Of a stretch of 64,000 nt of DNA, positions 18,282-28,806 are shown piece by piece; the first letter of the stretch is position 1, and each line of letters starts with the position of its first letter. A program made the position numbers and the translations under genes. The DNA is from an uncultured Actinomycetes bacterium (GTDB lineage Bacteria; Actinomycetota; Thermoleophilia; RBG-16-64-13): contig CAVPLM010000005.1 of NCBI GenBank assembly GCA_963706025.1, positions 928,001 to 992,000 of the forward strand, written 5' to 3'. The notes below the pieces were generated by a model. It worked only from the letters and a program-made list of their open reading frames with translations, searched no databases and was not told the origin of the DNA.

Positions 18282-20532
18282 ATGATCAGAGAAGAGGGTG
18301 TGCAGGTGCACCGGATGGGCGCCTGGTCTCCGGGGCCTGGCTGTCATGGCGGATGCGGACTCGAGTTCCACGTAAAAGATGGAAAGGTCATCAAGGTGGA
18401 AGGTGACCCCGAGCATCCCTGGTACCAAGGAAGGGTTTGCCCCAGGGCCCTGGCCATGACCCAGTTCATCTACCACCCCGACCGCCTGCGGCATCCACTC
18501 AAGAGGATGGGGGAGCGAGGAGAAGGCAAGTGGCAGGAGATCTCCTGGGAGGAGGCCTTCGACACGTGTGAGAAGCGTCTGCAGAGAGATCGCCGAGAAG
18601 TGGGGTCCCGAGTCGGTGATCTTCTCCCAGGGGACCGGCAGGGATGTCGGGGGACCGATCGTGATGCTGGCCTATGCATACGGTAGCCCTAACTGGACGA
18701 TGTGGGGCCTGTCGGGGCACTCGTGCTTCACCCTCGACTGGCTGCCGGCTATGTGATCCAGGGAGACTTCACCTTCCCGGACTACGCGCAGTTCTTCCCC
18801 GAACGCTACGAGAACTCGGAATACGTGCCTCCCAAGTGCCTCGTACTATGGGGTCGCTCGATCGGTCGCGGCTGTTCCGACCACTACACGGCGGATCACT
18901 GGGTGATCGACGTGATGCGACGCGGAGCCAAGGTGATCGTCGTCGACCCGCGGGAAACCTGGATGGCGACTCGTGCCGACCTGTTCTTGAGGATAAGACC
19001 GGGAACCGACAACGCCCTGGCCCTCGCTCTTATGAATGTCATGGTCACCGAGGATCTGGTCGACAGGGCCTTCATCGATGAATGGTGCCTAGGGCTACGA
19101 CGAGATGGCCGAGAGAGTGCGGGAGTTCACGCCCTGAGTGGGCGGAGCCTATCACCTGGATACCTGCGGAGAAGATCCGCGAGGCGGCGCGGATGTACGC
19201 GACAAACCGCCCCGCGGGTATCGAGATGGGGCGTCCGGTAGAGGGTGTTCCAGAGGGCACCCAGGCGACCATGAACATCCACAGGCTCATTGCCATCTCC
19301 GGAAACCTAGATGTGCCCGGTGGGAATGTCATTTGCCGCCCCGCCTATGGTGTGGCCACCTATCCGTTCTCCACTGAGGAAGTCATACGGCTTTACGGAC
19401 CCGACCTTCACTCGAAACTGAGCCAGAAGCGGATCGGCGCAGACAAATACCCCCTGGTCAAGAACTTCCGGGCCTGGGCCCAGGAGGACAGCCTTATCGA
19501 GCAGATGGAGACCGGCGAACCGTACGAGATCCACGGCTTGTGGATACAGGCCAACAACCCGCTGGCCAACCAAGCCCAAGATGTGAGACGCCACTACGAA
19601 GCTGCGAAGAAGCTCGATTTCAACGTGGTAGTCGACCTGTTCATGACCCCGACGGCCCAATTGATCGCTGATGTAGTTCTACCTGCCGCCACCCTCCCCG
19701 AAAAGGATTCGGTCTACTGCATCGGAGCCCCGCTCAATACCATCCACAAGATCATCGACGTTCCGGAGTGCAAGTCCGACTGGGAGATCGTCTTCACTTT
19801 GGCCAAACGCCTGAATCCTGAGGCGGTTCCCTGGGGGAACGTGAGGGAGATGCTGACGGACAGGATGAAGGCCTCCGGTTACTCCTTCGAGCAGTTGATC
19901 GAGAAAGTCTGGGATTTCGCTCCCAAAGGTCATAGGTGTGGCAGCCGCCCCTACCGAAGATACGAAGCCGGGCTGTTGCGCCCGGACGAGAAGCCGGGTT
20001 TTCGCACACCCACCGGCAAAGTAGAGCTCTACTGCTCCAGTTACGATGAATGGGGCTACGACCCTCTACCCTACTTCAAGAAGCTCGAACCCAGAGCGAA
20101 GAAGACACACCCGACGTCTTCAACGAGTTCCCGCTGATGATGATGACCGGACGGCGATCGCCCGTCCTGTTCCATAGCGAACACCGACAGATCCCCTGGC
20201 TGCGCGGATGTGACCCGGATCCGTTGGTGGAGATCAGCCTCAGACCGCAGCGGAGAAGGGGATCAAGACGGGAGACTGGGTGCTCATCGAAGGAACGATG
20301 GGAGAGTTCAAGAGGAAAGCCAAGGTCACTCCTATGATCGATCCTCGGACTGTGATGGTTCCTCATGCCTGGTGGTTGCCGGAAGAAGAGGATAGTAGCT
20401 CGAACCCATACAAGAGTATGGGACCTCAACTGCAATCAGCTGATCCCCATGGGCTACAACGATTCGTCCGGCTTTGGCGGTGGTCCTCTTTCCTATATGT
20501 TGGTAAGAGTCTCCAAGGCCGACGACATGTGA
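18282..20532 (+). CDS. Mo/W-bisPGD oxidoreductase, acetylene-hydratase/catechol-dehydroxylase-like clade; about 7 frameshifts
   Basis: WSPGPGCHGGCG...CPR, HPDRL, SGHSCF.PR, RPGTD.AL, DLFMTPTA, TPTGKVEL, FHSEHRQ, PHAWWLPE; indels near 18582, 18731, 19092, 19133, 20085, 20238 and 20413. Confidence 0.85.
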
Positions 20533-20775
20533 GGACACCAGATCTGACTGAAGTGGTCAAAGAGGACGACCTAGAGGGGTATCCACAATGCCGCGCAGAG
20601 GACGATCATCCAGCCCCTTCCCAGTAGCCGGTCGACCCCACCGTCACCGAGGCGCTGTGCGCAGGTCGGAGGCCACCGGACCCAGTCCTCCTGTACACTG
20701 TGCCTCGCGCATTTTCTGCCCGGCGGCGGCGCCCGGGTTCGCCTTGTCACTCAAGCGCGATAGGAGGTTGACTTC

Positions 20776-21933
20776 GTGCGGACATTACGGAATGTCTTTC
20801 GACGCAAGCTGAGGGTCATGCTCACCATCTTCGGGATCACCATCGGCGTGCTGGCACTGGTGGTCATGGGCAGCATGGCCGAGAAGATCAACCTGCTCGT
20901 TTCCGGCGGCACCAAGTACTACTCCGACAAGGTGATCGTGGCGGCTGAGGGCTCCAACATGATGTCCAGCGGGCCGCTTTCTCTCGGCAAGTACGATGAG
21001 ATCAAGGCCGTTCCCGGGGTGGCCGAAGTCTCGGCGGAGATCGGCGCCCTGCTCGAGACCGACGCCTCTATCTCGTTCGGTATGCCCTCCATCCTTACGG
21101 GCAGCGACCAGCGCGGCCAGGAGCTGGAGAGCTTCGAGATCTCCTACGCGGAGGGCCGGGCTGTGCGTCCGGACGAGACCGGCGCCGTCGTCGTGGGCTC
21201 CGATCTGGTGAACAAACTCGGCGCCCGGGTGGGCGAATACGTCACCATACGGGGAGAGCAGTTCCTGGTGGTGGGGATACTCGACAAGACCCTGACCGCC
21301 CCGGACAGCTCGGTGTGGATGTCCCTCCCCGACGCCCAGCGGCTCTTCGTTCAGGACCTGCCGGAGATGATCAGGAGCCAGGTCGATCCGGCGGACCTCG
21401 TCACCTCGTTCGTCGTCTATCCCACCCCGGGCACCGACCCGGAGGAACTTGCCGTTGCCATCAACGAGGCCGTGCCCGGAGTCGAAGCTTCCGGCCCGAG
21501 CTTCTTCCAGGACCAGATCGCGAGCGCTACCCAGATCTTCAACGCCATCCTCTACGGCATCGCCATCATCGCCCTCTTCGTGGGTGGACTCTCGGTCATC
21601 AACACCATGACCATGTCGGTGAACGAGCGCACCCGCGAGATCGGGGTGCGCAAGGCCATCGGAGCCTCCGACGGCCAGATCGTGCGGCAGTTCCTGACGG
21701 AGGCCGGGGTCATCGGCCTGATCGGCGGGGTCTCCGGCCTGTTCTTGGGTTGGATCGCGGCCATCGTGGCCAACGCGCTGCTCGAGTCTTCCAACCTCAA
21801 CCTCTTCCAGGTCACTCCAAGGCTTGCCATCGGGGCGGTCGTGTTCGCCGTCGTCCTGGGCCTGGTGAGCGGGCTCTATCCCTCCCTGCACGCCGCCCGG
21901 CTGGAGCCGGTCGTCGCCCTCCGGTACGAATAG
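20776..21933 (+). CDS. ABC exporter permease (MacB/FtsX family)
   Basis: LT..GITIGV, NTMTMSVNERTREIGVRKAIGA, YP...AARL.PV.ALRYE. Confidence 0.92.
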   Translation: MRTLRNVFRRKLRVMLTIFGITIGVLALVVMGSMAEKINLLVSGGTKYYSDKVIVAAEGSNMMSSGPLSLGKYDEIKAVPGVAEVSAEIGALLETDASISFGMPSILTGSDQRGQELESFEISYAEGRAVRPDETGAVVVGSDLVNKLGARVGEYVTIRGEQFLVVGILDKTLTAPDSSVWMSLPDAQRLFVQDLPEMIRSQVDPADLVTSFVVYPTPGTDPEELAVAINEAVPGVEASGPSFFQDQIASATQIFNAILYGIAIIALFVGGLSVINTMTMSVNERTREIGVRKAIGASDGQIVRQFLTEAGVIGLIGGVSGLFLGWIAAIVANALLESSNLNLFQVTPRLAIGAVVFAVVLGLVSGLYPSLHAARLEPVVALRYE

Positions 21934-21939
21934 GAGCTC

Positions 21940-22626
21940 GTGATGCCAAGCGTCATCAAGGGAATAGACATCCATAAGCGCTACGTCATGGGCAAGGACA
22001 ACTTCGTCGATGCCCTTCGGGGAGCGTCGCTCGAGGTCGAAGAGGGCGAGATGATGGGGATCATGGGTCCCTCGGGCTCCGGGAAGTCCACGCTGCTCCA
22101 CATCCTCGGCTGCCTCGATACTTTGGACTCAGGGGAGGTGTGGCTGGCCGGGCGCCGGGTGGACCAGCTCGGCCGGCGCGATCTTGCCCTGCTGAGGCGG
22201 AACGAGGTGGGATTCATCTTCCAGACCTACAACCTGGTGCCCAGCCTGACGGCCATCGAGAACGTCATGTTGGCCGCGGAATACGCCGGGAAAGGGAGGC
22301 GCGAAGCCCGCGAAGCGGCGCAGAGCGCCCTCGCCCACGTGGGGCTCGCCGATCGGGAGCGGCACCGGCCCACCGAGCTTTCCGGAGGTCAGCAGCAGCG
22401 GGTGGCCATCGCCCGAGCCCTGGTCAACGGGCCCAAGGTCATCTTCGGGGACGAGCCCACCGGCAACCTGGATTCGGCCAGCTCTGCCGAGGTCGTCACT
22501 ATGTTGCACGGCATCAACCGCGACACCGGCACGACCTTTGTCATGGTCACGCACGACCCGGGAGTGGCGGAGACCTGCGACCGCGTGTTCCACATGCTGG
22601 ACGGGCTGATCACGAACTCCCACTGA
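21940..22626 (+). CDS. ABC ATPase (LolD/MacB family)
   Basis: GPSGSGKST, GFIFQ, LSGGQQQRVAIARAL, DEPTGNLD, VTHD. Confidence 0.94.
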   Translation: MMPSVIKGIDIHKRYVMGKDNFVDALRGASLEVEEGEMMGIMGPSGSGKSTLLHILGCLDTLDSGEVWLAGRRVDQLGRRDLALLRRNEVGFIFQTYNLVPSLTAIENVMLAAEYAGKGRREAREAAQSALAHVGLADRERHRPTELSGGQQQRVAIARALVNGPKVIFGDEPTGNLDSASSAEVVTMLHGINRDTGTTFVMVTHDPGVAETCDRVFHMLDGLITNSH

Positions 22627-22713
22627 GGGGCGGAAACGGCGCCCCGGTGGCGGTCCCGGCTCTGCCGGCGGTGCCGGACTACTCTTGGGCGCTCACTCGG
22701 CGAGGCGCGGAGC

Positions 22714-23571
22714 CTACGAGGTCCAGGTGTAGGCGACGATCGGGTTGTCCTCCACCCACGCCTCCATGGACCCATCGTAGATCTTGACGTTCGTGTATCC
22801 CAGCATCTGCGTGAGCAAGAACCACCAGGTGCTCGCGTAGCCACCGACACCGCAGTAGGTGATGACCTCCTGGTCCTTGTCCGAGCCTATGACGCCGGTC
22901 GCCATCTGCTCCAAGAGCTCGACCGGCCTGTACGTACTGTCCTTTTCCCACACCCAGATCAGAGGCAGGTTCCGAGCCGTCGGTATGTGTCCCCTCATGT
23001 CGGCAAAGGGGTCGACAGCCACCCCGAAATACTGGTCGGGGTCCCTCGCGTCGAGGATCACCGACCTGCCGATATGGTCCTTCACGTATTCGGTCGACAC
23101 GAACATGTCGCCATCGACGGCGCTGCTGTAGGGTATCGGAGTGACCTCGGGGGCTTCGGTCGTCGTTTCCCTGCCCTCTCTGTCCCACTTCGGATGCCCA
23201 CCGGCCAGGACGGCGACATTCCTGACTCCGGCATAGATGAGGGTGGCGGCGACTCTGACGGCATCCGCCAACGGATACGGCGGAGCCGGTGGCTCTTCCA
23301 CCCTGCCGACTATGACCACTTTGGACTCCGCCGTCAGTCCGCAGTCCCCTATCAGCTTGAGTAGATCCGCCTCGGGGGGTAACTCGAGGAGCAGCTTGTC
23401 GTCGGAATCCGCCCAGGCCGAGATCAGCCCGAAGGGGATCGAGATCGCACCCGGGATGTGGCCGGCTTCGTACTCCTCTTCCCACCTGATGTCGATGATA
23501 ACCAACCCCCCGCCGGGCAGTTGGGCTTCCAGCCATTCGGTGGAGACGATCGGGTCGATAGATCGTGCCAT
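22714..23571 (-). CDS. Tandem-domain rhodanese / sulfurtransferase
   Basis: VSTEWL, GHIPGA, GHIPTA, active-site YCGVGGY, YDGSM.AW. Confidence 0.92.
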   Translation of the reverse strand: MARSIDPIVSTEWLEAQLPGGGLVIIDIRWEEEYEAGHIPGAISIPFGLISAWADSDDKLLLELPPEADLLKLIGDCGLTAESKVVIVGRVEEPPAPPYPLADAVRVAATLIYAGVRNVAVLAGGHPKWDREGRETTTEAPEVTPIPYSSAVDGDMFVSTEYVKDHIGRSVILDARDPDQYFGVAVDPFADMRGHIPTARNLPLIWVWEKDSTYRPVELLEQMATGVIGSDKDQEVITYCGVGGYASTWWFLLTQMLGYTNVKIYDGSMEAWVEDNPIVAYTWTS

Positions 23572-23700
23572 CCTCGTTAACCCCCTCGAGCGATCAGTGG
23601 CGCGTGACAACTGCAGATCTCAGACGCTTCAATCGTACCTCGCCAGGACCGCGGCGACCTCGTCCCCACAGACGCGCAGGACGACCGGCCAGAGAGGCTA

Positions 23701-23734
23701 TGTGTAGCAAGCTGTGTAGGTGTATACTATCTAT
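23701..23734 (+). promoter_or_regulatory. Probable leaderless TA promoter with operator-like repeats
   Basis: TATACT at 23723-23728, six nt before the GTG start; TGTGTAG repeated at 23701 and 23713. Confidence 0.45.
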
Positions 23735-24013
23735 GTGGCACTCTACAGAGCCCAGATACTCCTGGAGGATGACCAGCACGACCAGCTGGAGAGGCTGGCT
23801 CGCGACTCCGGCCGGAGCATGTCCGAACTGGTGCGCGAGATCATGGCTGAGTACTTCGCGCGCTCGTCAGAGGAAGAATCGGCGCGGCGATCTCTGGCGG
23901 CCGTGGACCAGCTCTCCGACCTGCGACGCGTCTTGGAGAGCAGGCACGGCCGGCTGCCTGCTTCGCTCCTGAACGAACTGAGAGAGGAGCGGGACGCGGA
24001 GCTGTCTCCGTGA
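23735..24013 (+). CDS. Ribbon-helix-helix (CopG-like) antitoxin
   Basis: RAQILLE..Q...L..LA...GRSMSELVRE; lies directly upstream of a PIN gene. Confidence 0.8.
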   Translation: MALYRAQILLEDDQHDQLERLARDSGRSMSELVREIMAEYFARSSEEESARRSLAAVDQLSDLRRVLESRHGRLPASLLNELREERDAELSP

Positions 24014-24053
24014 ACGCGGAGCTGTCTCCGTGAAAGCGGAGCTCTCCCCATGA
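23994..24053 (+). repeat. 20-bp tandem triplication spanning antitoxin stop and toxin start
   Basis: ACGCGGAGCTGTCTCCGTGA x2 followed by AAGCGGAGCTCTCCCCATGA. Confidence 0.9.
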
Positions 24054-24472
24054 TGGTGCTCGATGCCGGGGTTGTCCTAGCGCTGGTGCTGCCTCTCCCC
24101 TTCTCCGACCAGGCTGCCACCAGGATCCGCTCGGCACGCTTGGTCCAGGAGGAGCTCTACGCTCCGGCCTTGCTCGAATATGAGGTCTGCTCCGCGCTCC
24201 GGCGAGCCGTTGCGCGCAGAATCCTTACCGAGGACGAGGCTGCCACCGCTCTTGATCTGATCGGCGCCATCCGCGTCCGCCCGATCACGCCCGCCTCCTC
24301 GCTCCATGCCCGTGCGCTCTCGTGGGCGGCCCGACTCAAGCACACGAAGGCTTACGACGCCCAATACCTGGCCCTGGCGGAGGAGATGGGCTGTGTTCTC
24401 TTGACGACGGACGGTCGTCTCGCTCGCTCGGCCCGGGCGGTCGGCGCCACCTGGGTCGAAGCACTCGGCTGA
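24050..24472 (+). CDS. vapC: PIN-domain VapC toxin
   Basis: VLDAG, YEV, YDAQYLALA and LTTD acidic motifs. Confidence 0.88.
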   Translation: MMVLDAGVVLALVLPLPFSDQAATRIRSARLVQEELYAPALLEYEVCSALRRAVARRILTEDEAATALDLIGAIRVRPITPASSLHARALSWAARLKHTKAYDAQYLALAEEMGCVLLTTDGRLARSARAVGATWVEALG

Positions 24473-24586
24473 GATAGAGCTCTCTCGCTTCGTTGGCCCG
24501 CATTCCCAGGGCCGCCCGACCGTAGCCGCTTCCAGCTCCGCGGCTGCGGCTTCTACCGTCGAGTCGCGAGGTGGACGCCCGCCCCG

Positions 24587-25420
24587 TCAGTCGCCCGAGA
24601 ACATGTCGAGCCTGGTGACGTTCGGCAGTTCGGCCAGCTTGGTGTGGATGAGATATGTGTAGGCGCCGATAGTGCTGTGCACCCGCTCCCCCTCCACCCG
24701 GGCAAAGAGCTCAGCCACGCAGTTCCCTTGGAAGAAGTTGAAAAGGAACGTCATCTGCGCGGTCAGTACCCCTTCGTTCCAATACAGGAGATAGACGCCG
24801 TCGGCGATCTTGAAAGCACGGTACTCCTCGGTGTCGGCCTGACCGGCCTGGGGCCCTTTGACCCCCATCCAGGTCTCGTAGACCCCGGTGAGGTAGATGT
24901 GCTCGTAGGCCACGTTGTGGGCGTAGGTGTTCAGAAACCGAGTGCCACCCAGCGAGAAGGGCGGGTGATACTCCGCCGGCCCCTCCGGTGTGACTTCCTC
25001 GACACGCGCACTCTCCACCGTGGAGACGATCCCTTTGTCGCCCATCTCTCCCATGACGACCGTGGCCACTCCTTTGGCCAGGTCCAGGGCCATCGCGACA
25101 GAACCCGTCTCAGTTGCCAGGTAGGAGACGAAGAAGATCTCGGGCGCGAGCTCGAAGGCTTCGTACGGAACGGCCGGGTGCCGGGCCGTCCCGGTGCCGC
25201 CCAACACCTCCACCTCCACTTCTTTGTCGCCGAAAACATGCCGCAGCCGGTCCGGCTTGTCGCGAAGAGCGAAGGTCAGAGTCTTGCCCGAAAGCCTATA
25301 TGAGTGGGGCGGCCGATTCTGCGCGTAGTCGAACTCAGGCTTGTCGGAGATGTTTTGCTTCAGAAAGGCCGAGCCCTGGGCCTCGAAGCTCTGCCGATCG
25401 TGTGCGTTTTGCTCGGTCAT
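24587..25420 (-). CDS. MoaF-like protein (two beta-barrel domains)
   Basis: LSGKTLTF, Y.AFE....IFFV, YEHIYL, W..V.G...GQADTE...FKI.DGVYL..WNE. Confidence 0.7.
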   Translation of the reverse strand: MTEQNAHDRQSFEAQGSAFLKQNISDKPEFDYAQNRPPHSYRLSGKTLTFALRDKPDRLRHVFGDKEVEVEVLGGTGTARHPAVPYEAFELAPEIFFVSYLATETGSVAMALDLAKGVATVVMGEMGDKGIVSTVESARVEEVTPEGPAEYHPPFSLGGTRFLNTYAHNVAYEHIYLTGVYETWMGVKGPQAGQADTEEYRAFKIADGVYLLYWNEGVLTAQMTFLFNFFQGNCVAELFARVEGERVHSTIGAYTYLIHTKLAELPNVTRLDMFSGD

Positions 25421-25488
25421 GGCGGTGATCCCTTTCTCGCGTGGTCGCAGCTCTGCGTCTGGTCGTGACTGTACGTGCGGTCGCAGCT

Positions 25489-26283
25489 CTAGGCCAGGGG
25501 CAGGTCGAACAGTCTCTTGGGGTTCTCCCAGGTCACCCGCTCGATCTCGCTCACCGGCATGCCGTCCATCTTCATCGCCCAGGCGGCCTTCACCAGGGAG
25601 AGGTGACCGGCGCCTCCGTAGCCCAGCTCCGAACCGATGATGATCTTGTCCCGGTCGTCCGGGTACTCACGGACGATCTCGGACGCCTCCTCCGCGGTGA
25701 GCTTGTCGTAGCAGATGCTGAGGCCCGTGACGCATCCGGACTTCAAGCGGATGGGGATGGTGTTCTTGCCGCTGTGGTCGAGGACCGCCTTCCCCAGCGG
25801 GTAGCCCTCCTCCTTGAGCACGTCGATGATCTGCGGGGTGACCTCCGGGGTCTGCGGCTCGCGGGGAGTGGGACTGTGCACGATGATGGGCAGGTCGTGA
25901 TCTTTCGCGATGGCCAACTGAGCCCGCAGGAGGTACTGCTCGTGGGCGTTGCCGGTGTCGAGGCCGATCTCGCCGATGCCGACCACCCGGGACTCCTTCA
26001 GGTATTCGGGCAGCTTCTCGAGACACTCGTCGTAACCTTCGCTGGTGATCCCGTAGAACGGCACGGCCAGGGCGACGTAGACATCGATCCCCATCGAGGC
26101 CGCGTACTTGACCATGTAGTCGAGCGTCTTCTCCCACAGCTCAAAGATGGTCTTGGGATAGAAAACGCCGCTCATCAGGTGGGGCGACGGAACGATGGCC
26201 GCCTCCACCCCACCCCAGGCCATCCGGAGGATGTCTTCCCCGGCCATCCGGTCCAGGTGCACGTGCGAGTCGAGCAGTCTCAT
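25489..26283 (-). CDS. TatD-family metallohydrolase
   Basis: DSHVH, GIGEIGLD, PIIVHSP, LDH. Confidence 0.85.
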   Translation of the reverse strand: MRLLDSHVHLDRMAGEDILRMAWGGVEAAIVPSPHLMSGVFYPKTIFELWEKTLDYMVKYAASMGIDVYVALAVPFYGITSEGYDECLEKLPEYLKESRVVGIGEIGLDTGNAHEQYLLRAQLAIAKDHDLPIIVHSPTPREPQTPEVTPQIIDVLKEEGYPLGKAVLDHSGKNTIPIRLKSGCVTGLSICYDKLTAEEASEIVREYPDDRDKIIIGSELGYGGAGHLSLVKAAWAMKMDGMPVSEIERVTWENPKRLFDLPLA

Positions 26284-26293
26284 CGTCTCCCTC

Positions 26294-28806
26294 CTATCCT
26301 TCCCACTTGGCGACTTCGATCAGTATCGAGTTAGGGGCGAAGCCCGCGACGTCTTTGGACAAGAACCTGTCCGAGGCCAACATGTTGACGCAACCGGCCC
26401 GGTCCACACTGCCGGGGACACCCGGTTGAATGGGGTCGTACTTGGCCGACGCTTCGTAGGCGTGGAGGGTGCCCGGCCTCACCCGGTGAGTCACGTGGGC
26501 CGCGCACAGGACCTGGGCCCGGTCGTTGTAGAGACGGATGACGTCGCCCTCCCTGATGCCTCTGAGCGGCGGCGTCATCGGGATGGATGCGGGCGGTCAG
26601 GTAGTAGTAGCCGTCGACCAGCATGCGGTGCCCGGGGATATCCCAGATCCACTCGGTATGGTCGTACATGGTGTGAAAGGAGAAACGGGGATGGGGCGTG
26701 ATGAGCTGGAGCGGATACTTCTTGGTCAGCTCCGCGCTCTCGTGTCCTTCCCAGCTCGGGATGTACCTCGGGACCAGAGGTCGTTCCGGATTGTCGGGAT
26801 CGAACTCCTTGAGACTCTGGGATTCGAACTCGATCTTACCGCTGAAGGTGGCAAGTTCTTTCCCTTTTTCCGTGTTGCGCTTGGGATTGCCGAGATCAGG
26901 GGTGTCACAGTCCCGGCCTTCATAGAACCAGCGTAACGCTGGAGTGGAGGTATAGGGTTCGGGCATGGGCACCAGATGATAGCCTTTGGCCTCGAACTCC
27001 TCCCACGAGACCAGGGAGGGCAGATCGGACCAGTCGAAGTACTTCTTGATCCACTCCTCCTCGCTGCGACCCTCGGTGTACTCCTGCTCCACCCCCAAGC
27101 GGGCGGCGATCTGAGAATAGATCCAGTAGTCGGACTTCGATTCCCACAGTGGCTCGATGCATTTCTGCATGTAGACGATCACCCGGCGGAAGTTGCTGCT
27201 GAAAGTGTCGGGGCTCATCCAGCCGCAGTTGCCGAACTCGGCGATGTCGTTCCTCTCCAGGTTGGTGCACGCCGGCAGGACGATGTCGGCGTACTGCGTC
27301 TCTCCGCACCACCAGCAATCCTGGTTGACCAGGAACTCCAGCTTCGGGCTCTGGTAGGCCCGCACCCATTTGTTCCCCTCCGCGAGGGTGCCGATGAACG
27401 AGCCCCCGTGCCGGTAGAACATCTTGATCTCGGAGTGGCCGGGCAGCGGGTACTCGTACGGGATGAACTGCTGCTCGAGCGATTTGGTGTTGAAACCCTC
27501 CCCCAGCCACTTGACCGGCGGATCGAGGATGCCGTCCGGGAAGAGGGTGCGGTAGATCCGCTGCTTCACCGGGTTGACGTGGATCGCGTCGCCCACCTGC
27601 TGCATGCCACCGTTCTCGAAGCCGGGGAAGCGGAAAGCGGAGTTGGAAGGCGAGCCCATAACCGCGCCCCAGATGTTCACTCCGGGCTTGCCCAGGCCCT
27701 GCATGGCCTGCAGCAGGACCATCAGCCGGGCCCACTCGTGGCCGTAGGCCTCGCGGCAGGCTCCCCCCATGCCGCCGCGCATGCCGGTGGAGAGGGTGGT
27801 GCGTTTGGAGGCCCATTCCCGGGCGAGCGCCCAGATGACCCGGGCCGGGATGTCGCACTTCTCCGCGGCCCACTCCGGGGTGCGGGCGACGCCGTCGACT
27901 TCACCGAGGACGCTCTTCTTGAACTCCTCGAAGCCGACGCTGTGGGTCGCCAGGTATTCCTTGTCGTACGTCCCGTCCCGCAGCCAGACGTAGGCGATGG
28001 CTTCGGCCAGGGCCGCGTCGGTGCCGGGTCGGGGAGCGATCCATTTGTCGGCCTGGATGCCGGCGGTGTAGTTGCAGTGAGGGTCGATGAAGATCATCTT
28101 CTTCCCGAGCTCCTTCAGCCACACCCGCCAGATGGCCGAATCCTGGCCGTTGTAGGCGCCCCGGTTGGTGTCGGGGTCGTTCGACCAGAAGACGATCAGG
28201 TCGGTGTTCTTCATCACGTCTTCGAGGAGGTCGAACTGCTCGGGTGGTCCCATCCTCCAGTAGAAGCCCCACACGTGGGCGGAGCCCCATAGCCAGCCCT
28301 CCCAGCTGTCGGGATTGTCGAAGTAGTCCGTGGCCCCGATCATCCTGAAGAAACGGTTGAGGGTGCTGCGGTGGGTGCCCATGCTCCCGGCGTTGTGGTG
28401 AGAGGAGCTCATGAAGGCTACCGCCTCCGGGCCGTAGTCCGGCGCGGATGCGCTTGAGCTCGTTGCCGACGATGTCGAGGGCTTCGTCCCAGCCGATGCG
28501 CACGTAGCCGGACTTGCCCCGGTTCTCGGGGTGGCGCTCGCCGTTGGGATCGAAGTCCGCCCTCCGCATGGGGTACTTGATGCGGTCGTCGCAGTAGACG
28601 CGGGCCTTCTCCGTCATGCCGTAGGGGGCGACGGTCTCCTTGCGCGGGGGGCTGAACTTCCTCCCCCCGGTCTCAATAGTCCAGGTGGGAACCTCTTCCT
28701 GCTCCCCGAAGACCAGCGGCCGGACGCGGATGATCTTGTCGTCTTCCACGTGGACGAGGATGGGGCCCCCGCCGTGGCCCAGGTTCGTGCAGACCCTCTC
28801 AGCCAT
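26294..28806 (-). CDS. Pyrogallol:phloroglucinol transhydroxylase-like Mo subunit (AthL-like); frameshifts near 28440 and 26567
   Basis: GGP..VHV, FSPPRK, YPMRR.DFDPNGER, SSHH, NPDSWEGW.WG, PEQFDLLED, GGACR, PHPRFSFHT. Confidence 0.88.

Noticed and set aside
19135-19137. TGA in the Mo enzyme as selenocysteine
   Set aside because: It is not at the ligand position (SGHSC uses TGC), and removing one C restores the conserved TPEWAE.
23994-24053. Mini CRISPR array
   Set aside because: The units are directly adjacent with no spacers, and there are no cas genes.
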